Origin: Eledone cirrhosa | Taxonomy: Eukaryota | Direction: 5' to 3' | Assembly (NCBI GenBank): GCA_964016885.1 | Contig: OZ024741.1 | Coordinates: forward strand, 48,918,001 to 48,982,000 | DNA: 64,000 nucleotides | Shown here: positions 43,001-57,759 of the stretch, piece after piece | Layout of the letters: every line of letters starts with the position of its first letter | Position numbering within the stretch: position 1 is the stretch's first letter | Notes under the pieces: generated by a model | What the model was told of the DNA's origin: nothing | Database searches by the model: none | Seen by the model: only the letters and a program-made list of their open reading frames with translations | Made by a program: the position numbers and the translations under genes

Positions 43001-45450
43001 GTAGTAACTAGTCTAAACTAGATCTATTACTGTGATAATGTTGTGTTACTGTACCAGTAGTAACTAGTCTATACTAGATCTATTACTGTGATAATGTGGA
43101 GTTACTATACCAGTAGAAACTAGTCTATACTAGATCTATTACTGTGATAATGGTGAGTTACTAAACCAGTAGAAACTAGTCTATACTAGATCTATTACTG
43201 TGATAATGTGGAGTTACTATACCAGTAGAAACTAGTTTATACTAGATCTATTACTGTCATAATGGAGTTTTACTATACCAGCAGTAACTAGTCTATAATA
43301 GATCTATTACTGTGATAATGTGGAGTTACTGTACCAGTAGTAACTAGTCTATACTAGATCTATTACTGTGATAATGTGGAGTTACTATACCAGTAGAAAC
43401 TAGTCTATACTAGATCTATTACTGTGATAATGGGGAGTTACTATACCAGTAGAATCTAGTCTATACTAGATCTATTGCTGTGATAATGTGGAGTTACTAT
43501 ACCAGTAGAAACTAGTTTATACTAGATCTATTACTGTGATAATGGGGAGTTATTATACCAGTAGTAACTAGTCTATACTAGATATATTACTGTGATATGG
43601 GGAGTTACTATACCAGTAGTAACTAGTCTAAACTAGATCTATTACTGTGATAATGTGGAGTTACTATACCAGTAGTAACTAGTCTATACTAGATCTATTA
43701 CTGTGATAATGAAAAGTTACTATACCAGTAGTAACTAGTCTATACTAGATCTATTACTGTGATAATGGGGAGTTACTATACCAGTAGTAACTAGTCTATA
43801 CTAGATCTATTACTGTGATAATGTGGAGTTACTATACCAGTAGTAACTAGTCTATACTAGATCTGTTACTGTGATAATGTGGAGTTACTGTACCAGTAGT
43901 AACTAGTCTATACTAGATCTATTACTGTGCGAATGGGGAGTTTCTATACCAGTAGTAACTAGACTATACTAGATCTATTACTGTGATAATGTGGGGTTAC
44001 TATACCAGTAGAAACTAGTCTATACTAGATCTACTTCTGTGATAATGTGGAGTTACTATACCAGTAGTAACTAGTCTATACTACATCTATTATTGTGAGA
44101 ATGGGGAGTTACTATACCAGTAGTTACTAGTCTATAATAGATCTATTACTGTGATAATGTGGAGTTACTGTACCAGTAGTAACTAGTCTATACTAGATCT
44201 ATTACTGTGATAATATGGAGTTACACTACCAGTAGTAACTAGTCTATACTAGATCTATTACTGTGATAATGGGGAGTTACTATACCAGTAGTAACTAGTC
44301 TATAATAGATCTATTACTGTGATAATGTGGAGTTACTGTACCAGTAGTAACTAGTCTATACTAGAACTATTACTGCGATAATGTGGAGTTACTATACCAG
44401 TAGTAACTAGTCTATACTAGATCTATTACTGTGATAATGTGGAGTTACTATACCATTAGAAACTACTCTATACTAGATCTATTACTGTGATAATGTGGAG
44501 ATACTATACCATTAGAAACTAGTTTATACTAGATCTATTACTGTGATAATGTGGAGTTACACTACCAGTAGTAACTAGTCTATACTAGATCTATTACTGT
44601 GATAATGGGGAGTTACTATACCAGTAGAAACTAGTCTATACTAGATCTATTACTGTGATAATGTGGAGTTACTATACCAGTAGAAACTAGTCTATACTAG
44701 ATCTATTACTGTGATAATGGGGAGTTACTATACCAGTAGTAACTAGTTTATACTAGATATATTACTGTGATAATGTGGAGTTACTATACCAGTAGAAACT
44801 AGTCTATGCTAGATCTATTACTGTGATAATGGGGAGTTACTATACCAGTAGTAACTAGTCTAAACTAGATCTATTACTGTGATAATGTCCAGTTACTGTA
44901 CCAGTAGTAACTAGTCTATACTAGATCTATTACTGTGATAATGTGGAGTTACTATACCAGTAGAAACTAGTCTATACTAGATCTATTACTGTGATAATGG
45001 TGAGTTACTATACCAGTAGAAACTAGTCTATACTAGATCTATTACTGTGATAATGTGGAGTTACTATACCAGTAGAAACTAATTTATACTAGATCTATTA
45101 CTGTGATAATGGGGTGTTACTATACCAGCAGTAACTAGTCTATAATAGATCTATTACTGTGATAATGTGGAGTTACTGTACCAGTAGTAACTAGTCTATA
45201 CTAGATCTATTACTGCGATAACGTGGAGTTACTATACCAGTAGTAACTACTCTATACTAGATCTATTACAGTGATAATGGGGAGTTACTATACCAGTAGT
45301 AACTAGTCTATACTAGATCTATTACTGTGATAATGTGGAGTTACTATACCAGTAGAAACTAGTTTATACTAGATCTATTACTGTGATAATGTGGAGTTAC
45401 ACTACCAGTAGTAACTAGTCTATACTAGATCTATTACTGTGATAATGGGG
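40080..45450. repeat. Overlapping block duplications with offsets of 33 monomers (1848 bp) and 59 monomers minus 1 bp (3303 bp)
   Basis: AACAAGTC at 40318/42166. TAGAACTATT at 41061/44364, followed by GGAGATAC, GATATATT, TGTCCAG and CCAGCAG in the same order. Confidence 0.85.
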
Positions 45451-48049
45451 AGTTACTATACCAGTAGTAACTAGTCTATAATAGATCTATTACTGTAATA
45501 ATGTGGAGTTACTGTACCAGTAGTAACTAGTCTATACTAGATCTATTACTGCGATAATGTGGAATTACTATACCAGTAGTAACTAGTCTATACTAGATCT
45601 ATTACTGTGATAATGTGGAGTTACTATACCATTAGAAACTAGTCTATACTAGATCTATTACTGTGATAATGTGGAGTTACTATACCAGTAGAAACAAGTC
45701 TATACTAGATCTATTACTGTGATAATGGGGAGTTACTATACCAGTAGTAACCAGTCTATAATAGATCTATTACTGTGATAATGGGGTGTTACTATACCAG
45801 TAGTAACTAGTCTATACTAGATCTATTACTGTGACAACGTGGAGTTACTATACCAATAGTAACTAGTTTATACTAGATCTATTACTGTGATAATATGGAG
45901 TTACACTACCAGTAGTAACTAGTCTATACTAGATCTATTACTGTGATAATGGGGAGTTACTATACCAGTAGTAACTAGTCTATAATAGATCTATTACTGT
46001 GATAATGTGGAGTTACTGTACCAGTAGTAACTAGTCTATACTAGATCTATTACTGCGATAATGTGGAATTACTATACCAGTAGTAACTAGTCTATACTAG
46101 ATCTATTACTGTGATAATGTGGAGTTACTATACCATTAGAAACTAGTCTATACTAGATCTATTACTGTGATAATGTGGAGTTACTATACCATTAGAAACT
46201 AGTTTATACTAGATCTATTACTGTGATAATGTGGAGTTACACTACCAGTAGTAACTAGTCTATACTAGATCTATTACTGTGATAATGGGGAGTTACTATA
46301 CCAGTAGAAACTAGTCTATACTAGATCTATTACTGTGATAATGTGGAGTTACTATACCAGTAGAAACTAGTCTATACTAGATCTATTACTGTGATAATGG
46401 GGAGTTACTATACCAGTAGTAACTAGTTTATACTAGATCTATTACTGTGATAATGTGGAGTTACTATACCAGTAGAAACTAGTCTATGCTAGATCTATTA
46501 CTGTGATAATGGGGAGTTACTATACCAGTAGTAACTAGTCTAAACTAGATCTATTACTGTGATAATGTTGTGTTACTGTACCAGTAGTAACTAGTCTATA
46601 CTAGATCTATTACTGTGATAATGTGGAGTTACTATACCAGTAGAAACTAGTCTATACTAGATCTATTACTGTGATAATGGTGAGTTACTAAACCAGTAGA
46701 AACTAGTCTATACTAGATCTATTACTGTGATAATGTGGAGTTACTATACCAGTAGAAACTAGTTTATACTAGATCTATTACTGTCATAATGGAGTGTTAC
46801 TATACCAGTAGTAACTAGTCTATAATAGATCTATTACTGTGATAATGTGGAGTTACTGTACCAGTAGTAACTAGTCTATACTAGATCTATTACTGTGATA
46901 ACGTGGAGTTACTATACCAATAGTAACTAGTTTATACTAGATCTATTACTGTGATAATATGGAGTTACACTACCAGTAGTAACTAGTCTATACTAGATCT
47001 ATTACTGTGATAATGGGGAGTTACTATACCAGTAGTAACTAGTCTATAATAGATCTATTACTGTGATAATGTGGAGTTACTGTACCAGTAGTAACTAGTC
47101 TATACTAGATCTATTACTGCGATAATGTGGAATTACTATACCAGTAGTAACTAGTCTATACTAGATCTATTACTGTGATAATGTGGAGTTACTATACCAT
47201 TAGAAACTAGTCTATACTAGATCTATTACTGTGATAATGTGGAGTTACTATACCATTAGAAACTAGTTTATACTAGATCTATTACTGTGATAATGTGGAG
47301 TTACACTACCAGTAGTAACTAGTCTATACTATATCTATTACTGTGATAATGTGGAGTTACTATACCAGTAGAAACTAGTCTATACTAGATCTATTACTGT
47401 GATAATGGTGAGTTACTAAACCAGTAGAAACTAGTCTATACTAGATCTATTACTGTGATAATGTGGAGTTACTATACCAGTAGAAACTAGTTTATACTAG
47501 ATCTATTACTGTCATAATGGAGTGTTACTATACCAGTAGTAACTAGTCTATAATAGATCTATTACTGTGATAATGTGGAGTTACTGTACCAGTAGTAACT
47601 AGTCTATACTAGATCTATTACTGCGATAACGTGGAGTTACTATACCAGTAGTAACTACTCTATACTAGATCTATTACAGAGATAATGGGGAGTTACTATA
47701 CCAGTAGTAACTAGTCTATACTAGATCTATTACTGTGATAATGTGGAGTTACTATACCAGTAGAAACTAGTTTATACTACATCTATTACTGTGATAATGT
47801 GGAGTTACACTACCAGTAGTAACTAGTTTATACTAGATCTATTACTGTGATAATGGGGAGTTACTATACCAGTAGTAACAAGTCTATACTAGATCTATTA
47901 CTGTGATAATGGGGAGTTACTATACCAGTAGTAACTAGTCTATAATAGATCTATTACTGTGATAATGGGGTGTTACTATACCAGTAGTAACTAGTCTATA
48001 CTAGATCTATTACTGTGATAATGGGGAGTTACTATACCAGTAGAAACTA

Positions 48050-51000
48050 GTCTATACTAGATCTATTGCTGTGATAATGTGGAGTTACTATACCAGTAGC
48101 AACTAGTTTATACTAGATCTATTACTGTGATAATGTGGAGTTACTATACCAGTAGAAACTAGTCTATACTAGATCTATTACTGTGATAATGTGGAGTTAC
48201 TATACCAGCAGAAACTAGTTTATACAAGATATATTACTGAGATAATGTGGAGTTACTATACCAGTAGTAACTAGTCTAAACTAGATCTATTACTGTGATA
48301 ATGTTGAGTTAATATACCAGTAGAAACTAGTCTATACTGGATCTATTACTGCGTTAATGTGGCGTTACTATACTAGTAGTAACTAGTCTATACTAGATCT
48401 ATTACTGTGATAATGGGGAGTTACTGAAGCAGTAGTAACTAGTCTATACTAGATCTATTACTGTGATAATATGGTGTTACACTACCAGTAGTAACTAGTC
48501 TATACGAGATCTATTACTGTGATAATGGGGAGTTATAATACCAGTAGTAACTAGTCTATAATAGATCTATTACTGTGATAATGTGGAGTTACTGTACCAG
48601 TAGTAACTAGTTTATACTAGATGTATTACTGCGATAATGTGGAGTTACTGTACCAGTAGTAACTAGTCTATACTAGATCTATTACTGTGATAATGTGGAG
48701 TTACTGTACCAGTGGTAACTAGTCTATACTAGATCTATTACTGTGATAATGTGGAGTTACTGTACCAGTAGTAACTAGTCTATACTAGATCTATTACTGT
48801 GATAATGTGGAGTTACTATACCATTAGAAACTAGTTTATACTAGATGTATTACTGCGATAATGTGGAGTTACTGTACCAGTAGTAACTAGTCTATACTAG
48901 ATCTGTTACTGTGATAATGTGGAGTTACTATACCATTAGAAACTAGTTTATACTAGATCTATGACTGTGATAATGTGGAGTTACACTACCAGTAGTAACT
49001 AGTCTATACTAGATCTATTACTGTGATAATGGGGAGTTACTATACCAGTAGAAACTAGTCTATACTAGATCTATTACTGTGATAATGGGGAGTTACTATA
49101 CCAGTAGAAACTAGTTTATACTAGATCTATTACTGTGATAATGGGGAGTTACTATACCAGTAGTAACTAGTCTATACTAGATCTATTACTGTGATAATGG
49201 TGGGTTACTATACCAGTAGTAACTAGTCTATACTAGATCTATTACTGTGATAATGGGGAGTTACTATACCAGAAGTAACTAGTCTATAATAGATCTATTA
49301 CTGTGATAATGGGGTGTTACTATACCAGTAGTAACTAGTCTATACTAGATCTATTACTGTGATAATGGGGAGTTACTATACCAGTAGTAACTATTTTATA
49401 CTAGATCTATTACTGTGATAATGTGGAGTTACTATACCAGTAGAAACTAGTTTATACTAGACCTATTACTGTGATAATGTGGAGTTACACTACCAGTAGT
49501 AACTAGTTTATACTAGATCTATTACTGTGATAATGTGGAGTTACTATACCAGTAGAAACTAGTCTATACTAGATCTATTACTGTGATAATGGGGAGTTTC
49601 TATACCAGTAGTAACTAGTCTAAACTAGATCTATTACTGTGATAATGTCGAGTTACTGTACCAGTAGTAACTAGTCTATACTAGATCTATTACTGTGATA
49701 ATGTGGAGTTACTATACCAGTAGAAACTAGTCTATACTAGATCTATTACTGTGATAATGGGGAGTTACTGTACCAGTAGTTACTAGTCTATACTAGATCT
49801 ATTACTGTGATAATATGGTGTTACACTACCAGTAGTAACTAGTCTATACTAGATCTATTACTGTGATAATGGGGAGTTACTATACCAGTAGTAACTAGTC
49901 TATAATAGATCTATTACTGTGATAATGTGGAGTTACTGTACCAGTAGTAACTAGTCTATACTAGATCTATTACTGCGATAATGTGGAGTTACAATACCAG
50001 TAGTAACTAGTCTATACTAGATCTATTACTGTGATAATGTGGAGTTACTATACCATTAGAAACTAGTTTATACTAGATCTATTACTGTTATAATGTGGAG
50101 TTACTGTACCAGTGGTAACTAGTCTATACTAGATCTATTACTGTGATAATGTGGAGTTACTGTACCAGTAGTAACTAGTCTATACTAGATCCATTACTGT
50201 GATAATGTGGAGTTACTATACCATTAGAAACTAGTTTATAATAGATCTATTACTGCGATAATGTGGAGTTACTTTACCAGTAGTAACTACTCTATACTAG
50301 ATCTATTACTGTGATAATGGGGAGTTACTGTACCAGTAGTAACTAGTCTATACTAGATCTATTACTGTGATAATGTGGAGTTACTATACCATTAGAAACT
50401 AGTTTATACTAGATCTATTACTGTGATAATGTGGAGTTACACTACCAGTAGTAACTAGTCTATACTAGATCTATTACTGTGATAATGGGGAGTTACTATA
50501 CCAATAGAAACTAGTCTATACTAGATCTATTACTGTGATAATGTGGAGTTACTATACCAGTAGAAACTAGTTTATACTAGATCTATTACTGTGATAATGG
50601 GGAGTTACTATACCAGTAGTAACTAGTCTATAATAGATCTATTACTGTGATAATGGGGTGTTACTATACTAGTAGTAACTAATCTATACTAGATCTATTA
50701 CTGTGATAATGTGGAGTTACTATACCAGTAGTAACTAGTCTAAACTAGATCTATTATTGTGATAATGTCGAGTTACTGTACCAGTAGTAACTAGTCTATA
50801 CTAGATCTATTACTGTGATAATGTGGAGTTACTATACCAGTAGAAACTAGTCTATACTAGATCTATTACTGTGATAATGGTGAGTTACTATACCAGTAGA
50901 AACTAGTCTATACTAGATCTATTACTGTGATTATGTGGAGTTACTATACCAGTAGAAACTAGTTTATACTAGATCTATTACTGTGATAATGTGGAGTTAC

Positions 51001-54000
51001 TATACCAGTAGAAACTAGTTTATACTACATCTATTACTGTGATAATGTGGAGTTACACTACCAGTAGTAACTAGTCTATAATAGATCTATTACTGTGATA
51101 ATGGGGAGTTACTATACCAGTAGTAACAAGTCTATACTAGATCTATTACTGTGATAATGGGGAGTTACTATACCAGTAGTAACTAGTCTATAATAGATCT
51201 ATTACTGTGATAATGGGGTGTTACTATACCAGTAGTAACTAGTCTATACTAGATCTATTACTGTGATAACGTGGAGTTACTATACCAGTAGTAACTAGTT
51301 TATACTAGATCTATTACTGAGATAATGTGGAGTTACTATACCAGTAGAAACTAGTTTATACTAGATCTATTACTGTGATAATGGGGAGTTACTATACCAG
51401 TAGTAACTAGTCTATACTAGATCTATTACTGTGATAATGGTGAGTTACTATACCAGTAGTAACTAGTCTATACTAGATCTATTACTGTGATAATGGGGAG
51501 TTACTATACCAGTAGTAACTAGTCTATAATAGATCTATTACTGTGATAATGGGGTGTTACTATACCAGTAGTAACTAGTCTATACTAGATCTATTACTGT
51601 GATAATGGGGAGTTACTATACCAGTAGAAACTAGTCTATACTAGATCTATTACTGTGATAATGGTGAGTTACTATACCAGTAGAAACTAGTCTATACTAG
51701 ATCTATTACTGTGATTATGTGGAGTTACTATACCAGTAGAAACTAGTTTATACTAGATCTATTACTGTGATAATGTGGAGTTACTATACCAGTAGAAACT
51801 AGTTTATACTACATCTATTACTGTGATAATGTGGAGTTACACTACCAGTAGTAACTAGTCTATAATAGATCTATTACTGTGATAATGGGGAGTTACTATA
51901 CCAGTAGTAACTAGTCTATACTAGATCTATTACTGTGATAATGGGGAGTTACTATACCAGTAGTAACTATTTTATACTAGATCTATTACTGTGATAATGT
52001 GGAGTTACTATACCAGTAGAAACTAGTTTATACTAGACCTATTACTGTGATAATGTGGAGTTACAATACCAGTAGTAACTAGTTTATACTAGATCTATTA
52101 CTGTGATAATGTGGAGTTACTATACCAGTAGAAACTAGTCTATACTAGATCTATTACTGTGATAATGGGGAGTTACTATACCAGTAGTAACTAGTCTAAA
52201 CTAGATCTATTACTGTGATAATGTCGAGTTACTGTACCAGTAGTAACTAGTCTATACTAGATCTATTACTGTGATAATGTGGAGTTACTATACCAGTAGA
52301 AACTAGTCTATACTAGATCTATTACTGTGATAATGGGGAGTTACTGTACCAGTAGTTACTAGTCTATACTAGATCTATTGCTGTGATAATGTGGAGTTAC
52401 TATACCAGTAGCAACTAGTTTATACTAGATCTATTACTGTGATAATGTGGAGTTACTATACCAGTAGAAACTAGTCTATACTAGATCTTTTACTGTGATA
52501 ATGTGGAGTTACTATACCAGTAGAAACTAGTTTATACAAGATCTATTACTGAGATAATGTGGAGTTACTATACCAGTAGTAACTAGTCTAAACTAGATCT
52601 ATTACTGTGATAATGTTGAGTTAATATACCAGTAGAAACTAGTCTATACTGGATCTATTACTGCGTTAATGTGGCGTTACTATACTAGTAGTAACTAGTC
52701 TATACTAGATCTATTACTGTGATAATGGGGAGTTACTGAAGCAGTAGTAACTAGTCTATACTAGATCTATTACTGTGATAATATGGTGTTACACTACCAG
52801 TAGTAACTAGTCTATACGAGATCTATTACTGTGATAATGGGGAGTTATAATACCAGTAGTAACTAGTCTATAATAGATCTATTACTGTGATAATGAGGAG
52901 TTACTGTACCAGTAGTAACTAGTTTATACTAGATGTATTACTGCGATAATGTGGAGTTACTGTACCAGTAGTAACTAGTCTATACTAGATCTATTACTGT
53001 GATAATGTGGAGTTACTGTACCAGTGGTAACTAGTCTATACTAGATCTATTACTGTGATAATGTGGAGTTACTGTACCAGTAGTAACTAGTCTATACTAG
53101 ATCTATTACTGTGATAATGTGGAGTTACTATACCATTAGAAACTAGTTTATACTAGATGTATTACTGCGATAATGTGGAGTTACTGTACCAGTAGTAACT
53201 AGTCTATACTAGATCTGTTACTGTGATAATGTGGAGTTACTATACCATTAGAAACTAGTTTATACTAGATCTATGACTGTGATAATGTGGAGTTACACTA
53301 CCAGTAGTAACTAGTCTATACTAGATCTATTACTGTGATAATGGGGAGTTACTATACCAGTAGAAACTAGTCTATACTAGATCTATTACTGTGATAATGG
53401 GGAGTTACTATACCAGTAGTAACTAGTCTATACTAGATCTATTACTGTGATAATGGGGAGTTACTATACCAGTAGAAACTAGTTTATACTAGATCTATTA
53501 CTGTGATAATGGGGAGTTACTATACCAGTAGTAACTAGTCTATACTAGATCTATTACTGTGATAATGGTGGGTTACTATACCAGTAGTAACTAGTCTATA
53601 CTAGATCTATTACTGTGATAATGGGGAGTTACTATACCAGAAGTAACTAGTCTATAATAGATCTATTACTGTGATAATGGGGAGTTACTATACCAGTAGT
53701 AACAAGTCTATACTAGATCTATTACTGTGATAATGGGGAGTTACTATACCAGTAGTAACTAGTCTATAATAGATCTATTACTGTGATAATGGGGTGTTAC
53801 TATACCAGTAGTAACTAGTCTATACTAGATCTATTACTGTGATAATGGGGAGTTACTATACCAGTAGAAACTAGTCTATACTAGATCTATTGCTGTGATA
53901 ATGTGGAGTTACTATACCAGTAGCAACTAGTTTATACTAGATCTATTACTGTGATAATGTGGAGTTACTATACCAGTAGAAACTAGTCTATACTAGATCT

Positions 54001-54720
54001 ATTACTGTGATAATGTGGAGTTACTATACCAGTAGAAACTAGTTTATACAAGATCTATTACTGAGATAATGTGGAGTTACTATACCAGTAGTAACTAGTC
54101 TAAACTAGATCTATTACTGTGATAATGTTGAGTTAATATACCAGTAGAAACTAGTCTATACTGGATCTATTACTGCGTTAATGTGGCGTTACTATACTAG
54201 TAGTAACTAGTCTATACTAGATCTATTACTGTGATAATGGGGAGTTACTGAAGCAGTAGTAACTAGTCTATACTAGATCTATTACTGTGATAATATGGTG
54301 TTACACTACCAGTAGTAACTAGTCTATACGAGATCTATTACTGTGATAATGGGGAGTTATAATACCAGTAGTAACTAGTCTATAATAGATCTATTACTGT
54401 GATAATGTGGAGTTACTGTACCAGTAGTAACTAGTTTATACTAGATGTATTACTGCGATAATGTGGAGTTACTGTACCAGTAGTAACTAGTCTATACTAG
54501 ATCTATTACTGTGATAATGTGGAGTTACTGTACCAGTGGTAACTAGTCTATACTAGATCTATTACTGTGATAATGTGGAGTTACTGTACCAGTAGTAACT
54601 AGTCTATACTAGATCTATTACTGTGATAATGTGGAGTTACTATACCATTAGAAACTAGTTTATACTAGATGTATTACTGCGATAATGTGGAGTTACTGTA
54701 CCAGTAGTAACTAGTCTATA
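48050..54720. repeat. Block of about 0.8-1 kb present three times (about 48050, 52370, 53870; offsets 77 and 27 monomers)
   Basis: TTACTGAAGCAG at 48421, 52733 and 54245. It is flanked by TAGCAAC, TACAAGA, TGCGTTAAT, TACGAGA, GTTATAATAC and GATGTATT in all three copies. Confidence 0.9.
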
Positions 54721-57700
54721 CTAGATCTATTACTGTGATAATGGGGAGTTACTATACCAGTAGAAACTAGTTTATACTAGATCTATTACTGTGATAATGG
54801 GGAGTTACTATACCAGTAGTAACTAGTCTATACTAGATCTATTACTGTGATAATGGTGGGTTACTATACCAGTAGTAACTAGTCTATACTAGATCTATTA
54901 CTGTGATAATGGGGAGTTACTATACCAGAAGTAATTAGTCTATAATAGATCTATTACTGTGATAATGGGGTGTTACTATACCAGTAGTAACTAGTCTATA
55001 CTAGATCTATTACTGTGATAATGGGGAGTTACTATACCAGTAGTAACTATTTTATACTAGATCTATTACTGTGATAATGTGGAGTTACTATACCAGTAGA
55101 AACTAGTTTATACTAGACCTATTACTGTGATAATGTGGAGTTACACTACCAGTAGTAACTAGTTTATACTAGATCTATTACTGTGATAATGTGGAGTTAC
55201 TATACCAGTAGAAACTAGTCTATACTAGATCTATTACTGTGATAATGGGGAGTTACTATACCAGTAGTAACTAGTCTAAACTAGATCTATTACTGTGATA
55301 ATGTCGAGTTACTGTACCAGTAGTAACTAGTCTATACTAGATCTATTACTGTGATAATGGGGAGTTACTGTACCAGTAGTCACTAGTCTATACTAGATCT
55401 ATTACTGTGATAATATGGTGTTACACTACCAGTAGTAACTAGTCTATACTAGATCTATTACTGTGATAATGGGGAGTTACTATACCAGTAGTAACTAGTC
55501 TATAATAGATCTATTACTGTGATAATGTGGAGTTACTGTACCAGTAGTAACTAGTCTATACTAGATCTATTACTGCGATAATGTGGAGTTACAATACCAG
55601 TAGTAACTAGTCTATACTAGATCTATTACTGTGATAATGTGGAGTTACTATACCATTAGAAACTAGTTTATACTAGATCTATTACTGTTATAATGTGGAG
55701 TTACTGTACCAGTGGTAACTAGTCTATACTAGATCTATTACTGTGATAATGTGGAGTTACTGTACCAGTAGTAACTAGTCTATACTAGATCCATTACTGT
55801 GATAATGTGGAGTTACTATACCATTAGAAACTAGTTTATAATAGATCTATTACTGCGATAATGTGGAGTTACTTTACCAGTAGTAACTACTCTATACTAG
55901 ATCTATTACTGTGATAATGGGGAGTTACTATACCATTAGAAACTAGTCTATACTAGATCTATTACTGTGATAATGTGGAGTTACTATACCAGTAGAAACT
56001 AGTCTAAACTAGATCTATTATTGTGATAATGTCGAGTTACTGTACCAGTAGTAACTAGTCTATACTAGATCTATTACTGTGATAATGTGGAGTTACTATA
56101 CCAGTAGAAACTAGTCTATACTAGATCTATTACTGTGATAATGGTGAGTTACTATACCAGTAGAAACTAGTCTATACTAGATCTATTACTCTGATTATGT
56201 GGAGTTACTATACCAGTAGAAACTAGTTTATACTAGATCTATTACTGTGATAATGTGGAGTTACTATACCAGTAGAAACTAGTTTATACTACATCTATTA
56301 CTGTGATAATGTGGAGTTACACTACCAGTAGTAACTAGTCTATAATAGATCTATTACTGTGATAATGGGGAGTTACTATACCAGTAGTAACAAGTCTATA
56401 CTAGATCTATTACTGTGATAATGGGGAGTTACTATACCAGTAGTAACTAGTCTATAATAGATCTATTACTGTGATAATGGGGTGTTACTATACCAGTAGT
56501 AACTAGTCTATACTAGATCTATTACTGTGATAACGTGGAGTTACTATACCAGTAGTAACTAGTTTATACTAGATCTATTACTGAGATAATGTGGAGTTAC
56601 TATACCAGTAGAAACTAGTTTATACTAGATCTATTACTGTGATAATGGGGAGTTACTATACCAGTAGTAACTAGTCTAAACTAGATCTATTACTGTGATA
56701 ATGGTGAGTTACTATACCAGTAGTAACTAGTCTATACTAGATCTATTACTGTGATAATGGGGAGTTACTATACCAGTAGTAACTAGTCTATAATAGATCT
56801 ATTACTGTGATAATGGGGTGTTACTATACCAGTAGTAACTAGTCTATACTAGATCTATTACTGTGATAATGGGGAGTTACTATACCAGTAGTAACTATTT
56901 TATACTAGATCTATTACTGTGATAATGTGGAGTTACTATACCAGTAGAAACTAGTTTATACTAGACCTATTACTGTGATAATGTGGAGTTACAATACCAG
57001 TAGTAACTAGTTTATACTAGATCTATTACTGTGATAATGTGGAGTTACTATACCAGTAGAAACTAGTCTATACTAGATCTATTACTGTGATAATGGGGAG
57101 TTACTATACCAGTAGTAACTAGTCTAAACTAGATCTATTACTGTGATAATGTCGAGTTACTGTACCAGTAGTAACTAGTCTATACTAGATCTATTACTGT
57201 GATAATGTGGAGTTACTATACCAGTAGAAACTAGTCTATACTAGATCTATTACTGTGATAATGGGGAGTTACTGTACCAGTAGTTACTAGTCTATACTAG
57301 ATCTATTACTGTGATAATATGGTGTTACACTACCAGTAGTAACTAGTCTATACTAGATCTATTACTGTGATAATGGGGAGTTACTATACCAGTAGTAACT
57401 AGTCTATACTAGATCTATTACTGTGATAATGGGGAGTTACTATACCAGTAGAAACTAGTCTATACTAGATCTATTGCTGTGATAATGTGGAGTTACTATA
57501 CCAGTAGAAACTAGTTTATACTAGATCTATTACTGTGATAATGTGGAGTTACTATACCAGTAGAAACTAGTCTATACTAGATCTATTACTGTGATAATGT
57601 GGAGTTACTATACCAGTAGAAACTAGTTTATACTAGATCTATTACTGAGATAATGTGGAGTTACTATACCAGTAGTAACTAGTCTAAACTAGATCTATTA

Positions 57701-57759
57701 CTGTGATAATGTTGAGTTAATATACCAGTAGATACTAGTCTATACTGGATCTATTACTG

